The translations under genes and the position numbers were made by a program. The notes under the pieces were generated by a model. The model ran no database searches. It was not told the DNA's origin and saw only the letters and a program-made list of their open reading frames with translations. Shown one piece after another: positions 1-13,673 of a stretch of 64,000 nucleotides of DNA. Source of the stretch: Octopus sinensis (taxonomy: Eukaryota); the NCBI RefSeq assembly GCF_006345805.1, contig NC_043004.1, positions 42,346,001-42,410,000 on the forward strand, in the 5' to 3' direction. The number at the start of each line of letters is the position of its first letter. Positions within the stretch are counted from its first letter, which is position 1.

Positions 1-300
1 GAGGTTAAAAATAGCGTTCCGAGAAAGATGTTTCGGAATGGTGTTGCTATTAAAAAGAAGATTGGGGTTACTAGGAACTTAAAACCAACGCGTGTGCTTA
101 TATGAAAAAAATGTTTCATGTCATTAGTTGTGTGCCTTATAAATATTCATTTTCTTTTATATCAGATAAGATGGCTTTCGATCTGGCCTTTTTTTATGTT
201 TAACGTTTTTGGAACCACACTCTAACATAAAAAAAACAAGCATTTTTAACTTCTCACCTTCAATGTATATTGCGATTCATTTCACTTCTTCATTTAATCA

Positions 301-302
<2 letters not shown>

Positions 303-389
<87 letters not shown>

Positions 390-636
390 GTATATATATA
401 TATGTATGTATGTACGGATATGTATATATTGTAGTTCTTGTCATTTTTCTCATTATTTCAACGTTCGAAGATGAAACGAGAGATATTTCGTAAATACTTG
501 CCTTCAGCTGAAATGAACTTTACACACACGCACGCATGCCCGTGTACACACACACACCACACACACACACACACCCATTCTCACACATACACTTACACTT
601 TTATGAATTGTGTAGACATATGCACAGACATATACT

Positions 637-689
<53 letters not shown>

Positions 690-914
690 TGTATATTTAC
701 ATATGTATATGCAGATATGTATATATGGCGCAGAAATACATATATTCATGCATACATACGGAGATACATATCTATCTATCTTTCATTCAGTATCTTTATA
801 TTCACACATATTTGTGTGCGGGTTATTTGAGTCAAACAAGCGAAAACTTATTTCCTTACCTCCAAAAGTTTCCATATGATCTTTAACATGTACATACATA
901 CATACATACATACA

Positions 915-950
<36 letters not shown>

Positions 951-970
951 TATATATAATATATACATAC

Positions 971-1014
<44 letters not shown>

Positions 1015-2147
1015 GCATACATACATACATATGTGTGTGAGATCATGTGTGCGTGCGTATATATATATATATATATATAGCGTTCAGATTCTCTACTAAA
1101 ACTACAAAAAAGTTGTACAAATAGTAGAAAAAGAGGAAAGGATGTAAAACATAAACCATAACAAAATTATAAAAATACTTCAAATGTAGAACAAATGTAT
1201 ATTTGTTTGATTTCTAAGTTGAATGTATGACGATAGAGAAGCTTCATACATTAGAACAAAGTATTGAAATGTTGACAGCCAATATTCTGACGCATTCTGC
1301 AAACTAAAACTATATTTTTATGCTTCCATAGTACATTTATGACGCCATCACATTTTTATTCTAGCGCCATATATATTCATTCGAATAATAATTTCAAACA
1401 TCAAACCTAGTACGCTGGCATTTAATCCAAGCCTGTAAAATATATATTTGCTTTGGCAAATATATAAATACATACATACATACATACATGCATACATACA
1501 TACATACATACATACATACATACTTACATTCATACATACATCTGTACATACGTCAGTTATACGCATATAAGTATATACATAGATATTTATATATATATAT
1601 GTATTTATGTATGGATATACGTGTATACATGTATGTACACATATATACATATACATATATACATGCATATATATATGTATGTACATTCATATCTACATAT
1701 AGATGTATCTAGCTTTCTATTTATATGTCTGCCTATCATTCTATATATGTAGAAATGAATGTATAGATGTGTATATATACATATATACATACGTACTGAT
1801 ATGTACATATATATGCATACACACACACCACAGACACACATATATTATATATATATATATATAATATATATAATATATATACATATGTATAGATTGATAG
1901 ATCGATAGATCATAGATATAGATATATACTCACATATGTATGTGTATATATATATATATATATATGTATGAGAAATTCTATACCATTATATACATATATA
2001 TAAAACATATTACATATTATATAGTATATGTATATATATACATGTGTATAATATATATATATATATATATATATACACACCCACACACCACACACGCAAC
2101 ACACACACACACATATATACATATATATATAACGGTATATATAACGT

Positions 2148-2218
<71 letters not shown>

Positions 2219-2222
2219 CGTA
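303..2222. repeat. Compound (TA)n/(TACA)n/(CA)n microsatellite field
   Basis: Several long dinucleotide and tetranucleotide arrays separated by short unique spacers; source of the YIYI/CVCV ORFs. Confidence 0.95.
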
Positions 2223-3039
2223 TATAATTTCTCTTAAATATCAATTTACCAGTTACCCTCAGAACAATGATAAGCTAAACACTGAATAGAAATAAAACTA
2301 TTTGGATTTAATTTATTCAAAGTTCAACTGCATGAATATCTATAAAAAGAAGCAGAAATATTAGTGAGGAAGTTTTTACTTTGTCACTCGAAATGCTTAA
2401 TGTAAGAACCGATACTTTAATAGAAAATTCCGTATTATTGCTAAAATGAAATCGAATAATTTACTTAAAAATATCGTATGACGCACAATAAATATTTATT
2501 GGATGCGGATGGGGCTTTGATCGAATTCTGTTTTAGATTACGTCAGCTGGTGAATCGCAGAGTTTGGTAGTGCCATATAAATATCGATGATAACGATAAA
2601 AACGGTAAAGTATACGGGGAGAACTCCTTTTAAGACCCGTTATGCATGTAGAAATATCAACCACATCAACGATAAGATGCTTCGTCTTCGTATAAGAAAT
2701 ATGATAGGAATAGACTTACTACATCTGGAAATACGCAAAAATTGAGGCGCTAGTTTGAGTGAAATGTATGTATTCAGTTGACTTGCTGAATGAGATCTGA
2801 CCCTGGAGCGGGATGGACTCTAAATTACAGTATAAATTCATTGAAATATACAGTAGAAAAATCATTGTTTTATTCCCTGTTTGTACAACGTTAAAGAAAA
2901 TGATCCAGTGAACAATCCCAATATCTAAATCATTTTAAAGAAAAAAAGGTTGTCAGTTAATATGATAAGAGTTGACTTTTCAGCAGCTGAATCAACCGAA
3001 TTTCATGTTCTACAGAACTTCAGTGATAGAGTATCTCAC

Positions 3040-3296
3040 AGACACTCGTTAATTTACCTCATTATTAGTTGGAATCGGCGTGACCCAGTCTGACAACCTT
3101 TTGAATTAGAGATACAGTCCACCCAGGGTTATTCTACCCGTTGCCTTTCCCTTCGATAACATCAGTAGCGTGGAGAGGGGAGTCTGGTATGCGTGGTCGA
3201 CCGCTGGTCTTCCATAAACAACCTTGCCCAGACTTGTGCCTCGGAGAGTAACTTTCTAGGTGCAATCCCATGGTCATTCATGACCGAAGGGGGTCA
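3040..3296 (+). mobile_element. Unclassified interspersed repeat, probable SINE/LINE 3' part
   Basis: GC-richer island ending ...GGTGCAATCCCATGGTCATTCATGACCGAAGGGGGTC, which resembles a SINE tail as I recall it; single copy here, so unverified. Confidence 0.35.
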
Positions 3297-3327
3297 CAAA
3301 AAAATGCATGTGTATATATGTATACAT

Positions 3328-3378
<51 letters not shown>

Positions 3379-3703
3379 CACACATACATATATATGGACA
3401 TATACATATACATACGATATACAATTACACATGCACAACATATGTGTACACGCTCACCATTCATGAAAAGAGCGATAATCATGCGCAAGTAGGATTTAAT
3501 AAGACGTGCAGTAAAGTGGTCAGATAGGGGTTGTCTTTTATGTACTATATACAGGGTTTTAGGCAGATTATCAGATGAAGATAAGATTGGGAACTGTATT
3601 TGAAGGAATCAGTTATATAGAAAGTCCGCGTTTGTGTCCATTCAACCGATTGACTTCAGACAAGAATGGATAGACGTGGCCGCACAGAGAGAATACAGGT
3701 CAT

Positions 3704-3708
<5 letters not shown>

Positions 3709-3765
<57 letters not shown>

Positions 3766-3770
3766 AGAGA
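3709..3770. repeat. (GA)n microsatellite with G run
   Basis: Direct reading. Confidence 0.95.
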
Positions 3771-4214
3771 GGAAATGTACCCTGCGCACTTAGAATGAGG
3801 GAAATTAATTGGAATGATGTGTGAAATGGTGGAGTCTAATTGGAATATTCAGAACATGAGCAAAGTTGTACGCTGAAGAAATGGTAGCTGAGAATAAAAA
3901 CAAGATGGTTGTGAGGGCTGTGAAAGTGTGGAGAAATAGTACAGGGGCAGTGGATTTCCTTGGTGTTTTTTTCCTGAACTTACGAGGGGTTGTGTTTTCA
4001 AGTGTCTGAACCAAAGTTTAAGATTCTTTCTCAAAATCATGGTCGGAGTTGCGTAGAAAGCGAACTCGGAGGAACTGAGAGAAAGGTAAGAAGTGTTTGT
4101 TATCAGTGTGGAAAAAGAGATAATGTTGCGGTAAAAGTTTGTGTATGCAATTATGCGTGTATTCGCAGACTGGTTCCTTGGTACGTATGTGCATGCATGA
4201 CCGCACGTGGGTTT

Positions 4215-4900
4215 GGAGTGTGTGTGTGTGTGTGCGTGCACCTGTGTGTATGCGTGTGCATGTGTGTGTGAGTGTGTGAGTGAGTGTGTGCGCGTGTACC
4301 TATTTGTGTGCGTGTACGTATGTGTGTGTATGTGTGTGTGTGTGTGTGTGAGTGTGTGTGTGAGTTTGCGTGCATCTGTGTGTATGCGTGTGCATGTGTG
4401 TGTGAGTGTGTGAGTGTGTGCGCGTGTACCTATTTGTGTGCGTGTACGTATGTGTGTGTATGTGTGTGTGTGTGTATGTGTGTGAGTGTGTGTGTGAGTT
4501 TGCGTGCGTCTGTGTGTATGCGTGTGCATGTATGTGCGAGTGTGTGAGTGTGTGCGCGTGTACCTATTTGTGTGCGTGTGTGTATGTGTGTGTGAGTGTG
4601 TGTGTGTACGTGTGCATGTATGTGTGAGTGTGTGCGCGTGTACCTATTTGTGTGCGTGTGTGCATGTGTGTGTATGTGTGTGTGTATGTGTATGTGTATA
4701 TGTGTGTGTGAATGTGTGTGTGTGTGCGTGCGTCTGTGTGTATGCGTGTGCATGTATATGTGAGTGTATGAGTGTGTGCGCGTGTACCTATTTGTGTGTG
4801 TGCGTATGTGTGTGTGTGCGTATGTGTGTGTGTGCGTATGTGTGTGTGTGCGTATGTGTGTGTGTGTGCGTATGTGTGTGTGTGCGTATGTGTGTGTGTG
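4215..4900. repeat. Higher-order minisatellite built on (GT)n
   Basis: Anchor CGCGTGTACCTATTTGTG at 4291, 4421, 4555, 4635 and 4779; ends in a 16-mer TGCGTATGTGTGTGTG array. Confidence 0.9.
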
Positions 4901-5484
4901 CGCGTTCAGAAATGAATGACATAGAATATCGAGAGTGACAAAAATCAAATCACGCAGTACTAATAAAGTTTTAAGTTCTCCATAATAGCAAGAAGCTTTA
5001 TCTTTCTTTTCCTTTGAAATAATTTACACTTAAGTTCCTTCATCGATTTTTCATGTGAGGTATCTATATATCGTAATAAATGACATTTTATCTTTACTAG
5101 ATTCCCATATCTGGAACACATCACCATTATCAGTCAGAAACTCAATATAATAATTTATAAATGAGTGTTCTCTATATTCTCTGCCTCTTATTTTTCACGC
5201 TATCTTTCACCAGTTCTCTATCTGCATGTGTGGTGTGTGTGTGTGTGTGTGTCTGTATGTGTGCATGTATGTGTATACATAAATGTGTGTATGGAGGAAC
5301 TAATAAAGGTTAAGCACAGAAATATATGTGAGGATATATGTCTATATATGTATATGTGTGTGTATAGTACATGCATATAAAATATATCTTAAACCCCATA
5401 TAGGTGTCTTTATTTCTGAATGGTATGGTGATAAGTATTTCTGTGCTCATGGAACATACACACACACGCACATATATATATATA

Positions 5485-5520
<36 letters not shown>

Positions 5521-6441
5521 TATGTATATGTGTGTGTGTGTGTTTGTTTGCGTACATACATTCATTGATGAACACGAACGTACATACATATATACAAATG
5601 TGCAAACACACGTGCACTCACTTATCTACAAATATATATGCATATATGTATACTGGTGTATGTGACTGTGATCGCATGTGTGTGTATATATGTTTGCGTG
5701 TATACATGCGAACGTATATTTATACATGTGCATGTTTGTGTATTCGTGTGATGTGTATAGAACGTCACGAGTATGCAATTTTCTAACATGTCTTCAGCGT
5801 ATGGAGGTTTCACGCCTTTTAGCAAAAGGCATATTTTTACATTGATTTTTGCCTTAAAAAATATACACCACACTCCACAAATGAATATAATACTACAAAA
5901 ATGCAAAAATGTAAAAGTAAAACAAAAACCTAATCAAATGATAAAAAAAAGAGACGTTGCCATCATAAATACTTCTAGAACAGTTGGGCTTTAAATATTA
6001 AACAGCATTGATGGAGCCAACGGATACATTTTTTTCATCAACGAAAAAATGTATTTCTTGATTTCACACCAATCCCATCAACGTTCATCATTATAGTTAT
6101 CACATTTTCACACCTCACCTCATAGTACTTCTGCAAATAAGGAACGATTGGATTCCTTACTTGTGACTATCCCCGCTTGCTCAATGCGTTCTAATACTCT
6201 TTCTCTACTTTTCTCAGTTTCTCTTTCTATCTCACTCTTATTTCTCTCCCTCTCTCTCTCTCGTACCCTCATTGTTTCTATATTTTCTCTCATTTATGCT
6301 TCTATTTCTTTATCTCTGTATACAGACACATGTGTGGTGGAGTATTTTCTATGCACGTATGTGTGTATGTATGCATGTATGTGGTGCATTTATTCAGCAT
6401 GATATATATATATAGATATAATACATATATATATATATGTA

Positions 6442-6473
<32 letters not shown>

Positions 6474-7039
6474 CTAATATATATATATTATATATATATA
6501 TATTATATATATATTGTATATGTATATATATATAGATATATATATATAATACACACATATATATATATATATGTATATGCTACGTACGTACAAGAACACG
6601 CATACATACATATATATGCATACCTACATATATATATTTATATCTATAATATATATATATATATATACATATACATACATATATATAGACACACACACAC
6701 TTGTATATATATAAATATATATATGCATATATGTGGGTATATGCATGTGTTTATGCATGCACATGCACGCATATGTTCGTGTATGCATGTAAGTGGGTGC
6801 TTCTGTACGCTTATACAACTCGGTATATATCTCTAAAGTTTTACTTAGAGATAATTTTCCCAGTGACGTGTCTTCGTAAGAGATTTCATGAAGCCATTGC
6901 CGATTTGCAATAGGTAGCTAACTATTTATCTACCTCACTACGTATTTGTTTGTCAGCAAAAATATCAAAATCATAACGGCCAAAATTCAAGTTTTCTACT
7001 TATTAAAACATTTCTTAGTTCTCTCTTTCTTTCTTTCTC

Positions 7040-7068
7040 TCTACCTACCTACCTATCTACCTATCTAC

Positions 7069-7112
<44 letters not shown>
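7040..7112 (+). repeat. (CTAT)n array, 5' flank of Tx1 copy A
   Basis: Direct reading; abuts the LINE 5' truncation point. Confidence 0.95.
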
Positions 7113-8190
7113 ACTGTCCCTAAAAGGTCGGGCGGAGGTGGCGAACACATACATCGCGTCCGTCATCTACTACCGCCTGACCGTCGTGCCTTGTCCCGGC
7201 CCTACCATCACCAAACTAGAACGCATTCTCTTTCGCTTCTTGTGGAAAGGATGCGTCCCGATGGTCAGGCGATCCATTTGCTGTCAACACCCGTTAAAAG
7301 GAGGACTGGGCATGCCGTGGTTGATGATGCGCAGACACGCGCTGACTGCGACATCTCAGGCTCTTCGTAGACGACGGTGAACAGGTGTGGTCGCCGTTTG
7401 TGATGCACGCTTTCCCGCAGCTCGTCTCCATGACCGAACTGCAATCATGGACCAAAAAGAGGCCGAGGAAGGGCGAATGGCACCGCGAGTGTCGCGTTGC
7501 TCTCAAGCAACTCCGCCGTCCTGGGTCAACCTTGAGTGATTCCATCACAACCAAAGCATTCTATAGGGGATTAGTGGAGGGGAGGTACGACGACGAGCTC
7601 GGGGCGAACCTGGACGTCGACGAGGAATACCTGACCCGCCTGTTCGGGACAACTTTCGGGCCAGGGCCCATAGACAACTTCCAGAGATCCCTGGCCTGGC
7701 AGTGCTACCGAGAAGCACTACCCACTCGGGATAAGCTCTACAGACACGGCTCGAGAAACACGGGGCCAACCTGCCCGAGATGCAGTCAGAGCGACGAAAC
7801 TGTTCTGCACGCACTCGTGCAGTGTCCAACAATTTTCGACCTGTGGGCTTATGTCGAACAACTGCTGTTTCATGTGGGACGAGTCGGTTTATCAGCTGAG
7901 TCTATCGTCAATATTGTTGCGCCTCCTTCCTTCAAACGGGAAGGAAGAGCTATTTTCATCATCCTTGTGGCTATGGCGAAAGAATGTATCTGGTGGACGC
8001 GTCTGAAAGGATTGGAGACAACACTTTCCTCTCTCTGGTCAACCTCTCATCAACTTCTTCAAGACCACTTGAAAAGGAAGTGAGAGTAGAGAGGCAAGTT
8101 TTGTCTAGCGAACGTTTTAAAAAAAGATGGGTGAATGTAGCAAAGATGACGCGTATGAATGACGAAGCCACCTTGAGCATAATCCTATGA
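7113..8190 (+). pseudogene. Tx1 ORF2 C-terminal fragment (post-RT region and Cys/His motif), frameshifted
   Basis: Stitched from ORFs 6946-7380, 7385-8083 and 7984-8190; colinear with copy B. Confidence 0.88.
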
Positions 8191-8626
8191 ACCAGAAATT
8201 GAAAACAGAGGGTTACCCACTTGCAAAAAATGTGGTAACATATAACAATATTGACCAAGGTTACCGTGGTCATTTTCGTAGGCTTTTCTTCCCCGGATAA
8301 ACGTTACTTACTTGCTCCCCTTTACACCATACATCATGACAATGTGATACACGATCCCTATTGATCGTTTTTTTTTCCTCTTCCCCTTTTTTCCCCTTTT
8401 TTCCTCTTTTTTCTTCTTTTTTCATTTTCTTTTCTTTTGTTTCTTTTCCCTTTTTTCTTTTTTCTTTTCCTTTTTTTTCTTTTTTTCTTTTTTTTGTTCT
8501 TTTTTCCCTTTTACGATACCTTTTGATCGAAAACCTACGCCACCTTTTTTTTCCTCCCAAAAGAAAAGCTCTACCTTGTAACTTGTCTCATCTGTATGCA
8601 GCCCTGTGTGGCCAATAAAGAAACGT
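7113..8626 (+). mobile_element. Tx1/L1-clade LINE copy A, 5'-truncated
   Basis: ORF2 C-terminal region (LSLKGRAEVANTYIAS...CPRC...ETVLHALVQC zinc motif), T-rich 3' UTR, AATAAA at 8614; closely matches the reverse complement of 14606-16080. Confidence 0.92.
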
Positions 8627-8730
8627 ATCTATCCATCTATCTATCTATCTATCTATCTATCTATTTTCCTATCTATCTATCCATCTATCTATCTATCTAT
8701 CAATCTATCTATCTATCTATCTATCTAGAT
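8627..8730 (+). repeat. (ATCT)n array, 3' flank of Tx1 copy A
   Basis: Starts immediately after AATAAAGAAACGT. Confidence 0.95.
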
Positions 8731-8873
8731 ACTTCTGCATCTACCACTTCGTTTTATTTCCACTATATTTACGTATTCAGCCATCTATCTATTCAATCCT
8801 CGTTGCACCTATATATTCATAAATATATTTATCGTATACTTATACGTATCGATATAGGAATATATATGTATAC

Positions 8874-8923
<50 letters not shown>

Positions 8924-8939
8924 AAGTGTGTGTGTAAGT

Positions 8940-8992
<53 letters not shown>

Positions 8993-9211
8993 ACATGGGA
9001 AAGAGCTAGCAAAATGGATTGAAGGTGAACATCACTTCTGAAGCTAATCTCTGTAGATAATCTATAGTCATTGTAGCTATCACAGGTTTTTCTTAATCTG
9101 TATACAATATTTGTAGAGGTAACCTTAAAAATTGATTGATGTAAAGCGCACCATTAACTCAGTAGAACACGATTTTGACTGATAAAAATGTTTAATAAAC
9201 TTTATAGTATA

Positions 9212-9575
9212 CTAGCACTATGACCCGGCGTTGCCAGGTCATAGTGCTAGTGCATGCATATGCAGCTGCGTGCGTGTGCACATACCCGTGAGTACTGTCC
9301 TTATCTCCGACCAATCACATACAGCTTGCTGCCATTTAATTGGCGTATCAAGTTTAGGGCATTTTGATTGGGTTTTGGCTAGAAAATGCACAAAAATATC
9401 ACTTCTATTGATTTTTTAATGGCTTTGCCTGGTGACTGGGGAAATGTAAAGATGTGCACCACCACCCTTGGACGGTTTTGAATGACCATAGAAAGTGGGG
9501 GCCCTCTTACTGAAAAATTGTGGATTTGTATAAAGGACACACACGCAGACATTTTGCCGTTTATATATAGAGAGA
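9212..9575 (-). mobile_element. Non-autonomous Helitron
   Basis: On the minus strand: A|TCTCTCTATATATAAA 5' end at 9575, GC hairpin at 9222-9240, then CTAG|T at 9212; fits the canonical TC...hairpin-CTRR ends and A|T insertion site. Confidence 0.72.
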
Positions 9576-10306
9576 TTATGGTTGCATAACGAAAAACCGC
9601 GACCCTAAGATGGAGATGGAAATATACAATTATTAAGGGATTAATGTCCATACTAAAATACTGCGCAACGCAAACTTCATAACAAAACAGAGTAGTGAGT
9701 CCGTGAAATTGATGAGGTGGTATCCAGCGTATTAGTTGACGATGAGTCCTGGACATAGGAGATTCAGAATATAGTCATATTACTTTAGAATATGCAGTGT
9801 AAGGATAAACGTCTTCGTGTTTCACAAACAATTTGGCCCGATCAGTTGAGTAGCATTTATTGGAATGAGGTCTAATTTGTCTATGTATACAGCAAAAGAA
9901 ACGTTCTAAACTGGAGCCATCCGCTATTACTCTTACACCGGTATTGCTAAGGCTTTCCATAACAGATCATTGATCAAAGCACATAAAACTATTTTATGGC
10001 CATATGGTCTTTGTTATCTTATGAATTATTGCTTAGAGGCCGTTGCTATATGATACAGAATATGTTTAACCTATCTATCAGGTCGTGAGATGAATTCAAA
10101 TATCTTCCTCATTGAAAGAGTATGATATAAGCAAAATTTAGTATAAATTAATCTTTCCCTCATGAAGTAAATAGTAAATTTAGGTGCTGAATGACCGCCT
10201 ATCTATGTATCTACCTAGCTACACGCGCACACACACATGTTGCACACCAACCCACCCGCTCGTACATCAGTCTATCTATCTGCCTATCTATCTATCTACC
10301 TATCGA

Positions 10307-12371
10307 TATGTTGTCTCATAGGCTCCGTAGGCAATCGCTTTTATCGACTTTTTATTGCACACATTTTGTTTTAATTTTTGTACACGAGGTGTGTGCCGCA
10401 CCCAACTTCCGTTTGAGTGTGACTTCAAGGGAAGAATTGGCCCCTAGAAGCAGATTAAATCTTATTTAAATTTCTATTTTTGTTTTCGACTTTGAAAAAT
10501 GTCAAGAAATTTCATAGTGAAACGCATGTGAAATTCGTCCATGGACCAGCATTTTCCTAGACTTGAAACGGTAGAATACAAAAAAGAAATAAAATAACTC
10601 CTGCACTCACTCACACTCGAATATATTACCGACATGAAAACACAAATAAATCAAATTCAAATAAGAGAGACTCGGTGGACGCTGTCAAAGTCATTGATAC
10701 TGCAACCACAATCGTTAACAGTTCCATCAACACCACCAACACCAAAACTACCACTACTACCACCACAACCACCATCTCCAGCAACAACAATTACAACAAA
10801 ATCATCGCAAAGCCGTCCACCGTGACCTCCACCAAAGACAGTACCGCCAACTACTACAACTTCAACTGCTACAACTATCACCTCTGCTACAGACACTACC
10901 ACCGCCACCCTCACCACTGCCACCACCACCACCACCACCACAACCATCATCATGGACAAACCAAATTTCGCTGAAGTGATAAAACAAAAGAGAACAATTG
11001 TCACATACACTGCCCAACAAATATACGCTCATCTTAGTAAAGAAGGAGAAAACTTACAGCTACACATTCCAAAAAACTATCTTGGAGAACACATAGAAAA
11101 AAACAATCATTTACAAAATTATAAACAAAAAGTAAGAAGACCATAAAATGCACCACAACAAAAAATTGAAAAATGCTTTAGCCCTGTTTGGTCATACAAG
11201 GAATACGTAAACTGGTGGCAAAAATACGGCACTGTCCAAGTACGTTTTCATGACGAAAATCTGGCCAAGCGGTTCTCAAAACTGACTCTCCCCACCGATG
11301 AGTTAGTGATGATACCAACTTATCTGGGCCAGTGAGTAACAAAAGTCACAAGAAAATATGTGCCTCCGGAAGTAGAGACACAATGGCTATTATCGGCCAT
11401 ATGTTTCGAAATAGAGGAAAACATCCTGGAGATTGCTGTTTTAGAACAACAAAACCGGGTCAGCAAAACACTTGAAAAACTGTTGCAGATTGACCAACCA
11501 ACTCTAAACTAAATTCCAACCTCAATCCAACAGAAGTTTACAAAATGTATCTAGCGGTGGGGGGTAGGCGGCCACGCTGCTATCTGTGCGGCAGCGAAAC
11601 ACATTTAAAAAACAAATGTATAAATGCCGCACAACAATCAAAGCTGCAACAACAACACCCACCACCACAACCAGAAAAGTCCTTGAAAAAAACTACTACT
11701 ACCCACACAACCATCAACACAAAATACAAAAGAAACACATCAACCAAACCCACAAACACCAGCAACTGAGAATACACCAGCAGCTGAAAAACAGCAACGA
11801 CAACAACAGCAAGAACTAAAGAAACAATAAAAAAGAAAATACAAAGATTGATTCCCCTTCACCTATATCTCATACAATTCACTCAAACAGTCAACAACCA
11901 ACACCATCGAAAACAACACAACAATACAACCACTTGCGCAAACATACTTAGACGCTTACAATATACCGTTAACCCCTTCCTATTCCTCAGAAATTTCGTC
12001 GCGAGTTGAAAGTAGTGAGGAATGGCAAATAGCCAGAAAAGGAAGGAGGATGAGGAACAAAACAAAGAACAAAAGCAAACACAAAGCAGAGAGATGTGGG
12101 CCTATGTTGAACGCGTGTGGGATGAGTTATTTTATCAGCCGAATCTATCGTCCATATTATCTGGCCTCCTTCCTTCAAACGGGAAGGAAGAGTTTTTCAT
12201 TGTATTTGTGGTTATGGCGAAAGAATGTTAGGGTGGGTGCATCTGAAAGGCCTAGAGAGACTTTCCTCTCTGGTCAACTTCTCATCAACTTCTTCAAGTA
12301 TAACCTAATCTGTGGTTTCTTTTTTGTAACATTTACAAAATTTTCTGTGATACCCGATCCCGTTCGATCGG
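10307..12371 (+). mobile_element. Internally deleted Tx1-like element: putative 5' UTR, ORF1, short ORF2 C-terminal piece, 3' UTR hairpin
   Basis: Degenerate ORF1 joined at about 12091 to sequence homologous to 7841-8070; preceded by decayed (CTAT)n at 10268-10306. Confidence 0.65.
10634..12090 (+). pseudogene. Degenerate Tx1-type ORF1 (RRM-like region and CCHC knuckle)
   Basis: Manual translation from 11222 gives KYGTVQVRFHDENLAKRF...PTYLGQ*VTKV...VPPEVE; then CYLCGSETHLKNKC and EEWQIARKGRR; aligns with ORF 22747-23754; contains stops and frameshifts. Confidence 0.8.
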
Positions 12372-12611
12372 ATGGTGCATTTTAGAAAAACAAGGAGTCG
12401 ATATCCTTCACCATCATCTCTACAATAATAGGAGACTGTTTTAGCTAAATAATAGGCAAACATTCCTTTGGAAAATATTTAAATTTTGTACGAGTCAATA
12501 CATCGTGGAGTTCAAGCTCTAATTACTGCCAAGTTTGGTTTGGCCCAACCCCATATCAAAATAAATTTGTTTGAAATTTTAAGATCTATAAATTATGTTG
12601 TCCAACCCCTA

Positions 12612-12925
<314 letters not shown>

Positions 12926-12935
12926 TTATATATAT

Positions 12936-12983
<48 letters not shown>

Positions 12984-13212
12984 TATATATGCATGTATTG
13001 TATATGCTTATATTTATATATGTATGTATGTATATGTATATATATATATGGATGTATGTATCTCTATCCTTTAAGTTCGTTTACGGGAAACGTTTTGAAT
13101 ATGCCTATCAAAGCTGCCATTCCATTATGCCATTTACAGCATATTGATACCAACTGGTGATGCCAGTTTTTTTGGTTCTCACCTAGTTGTACTGATTTAA
13201 TGTAGGATAAAT

Positions 13213-13216
<4 letters not shown>

Positions 13217-13255
<39 letters not shown>

Positions 13256-13339
13256 AAATAATAAAGATAATAATGATAAAAATAATAATAATGATAATAA
13301 AAAAAAAATAATAATAACAATAATAATAATGATAATAAA

Positions 13340-13370
<31 letters not shown>

Positions 13371-13395
13371 TAATAATAATAATAATATATTAATA
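13217..13395. repeat. (AAT)n microsatellite
   Basis: Direct reading. Confidence 0.95.
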
Positions 13396-13461
13396 ATCCA
13401 TGGATGGGTTTTAGAAATATCTTAATATATCGCTATTTGTATATATATATATATATATATA

Positions 13462-13526
<65 letters not shown>

Positions 13527-13577
13527 ATGTGTGTGTGTGTATTGTGTGTGTATGTGTGTGTGTGTATGTATATACAA

Positions 13578-13612
<35 letters not shown>

Positions 13613-13623
13613 ATATATATGTG

Positions 13624-13673
<50 letters not shown>

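Noticed and set aside
4215-4900. Regularly spaced anchor motif resembling a CRISPR array
   Set aside because: Eukaryotic context, the spacers are themselves repetitive GT sequence, and there are no cas genes
5775-5815. GAAAC...CTGAAGA on the minus strand as a type II hammerhead
   Set aside because: No pairing for stems I or II
8270-8560. Lys-rich 96-aa ORF
   Set aside because: Antisense reading of the T-rich Tx1 3' UTR
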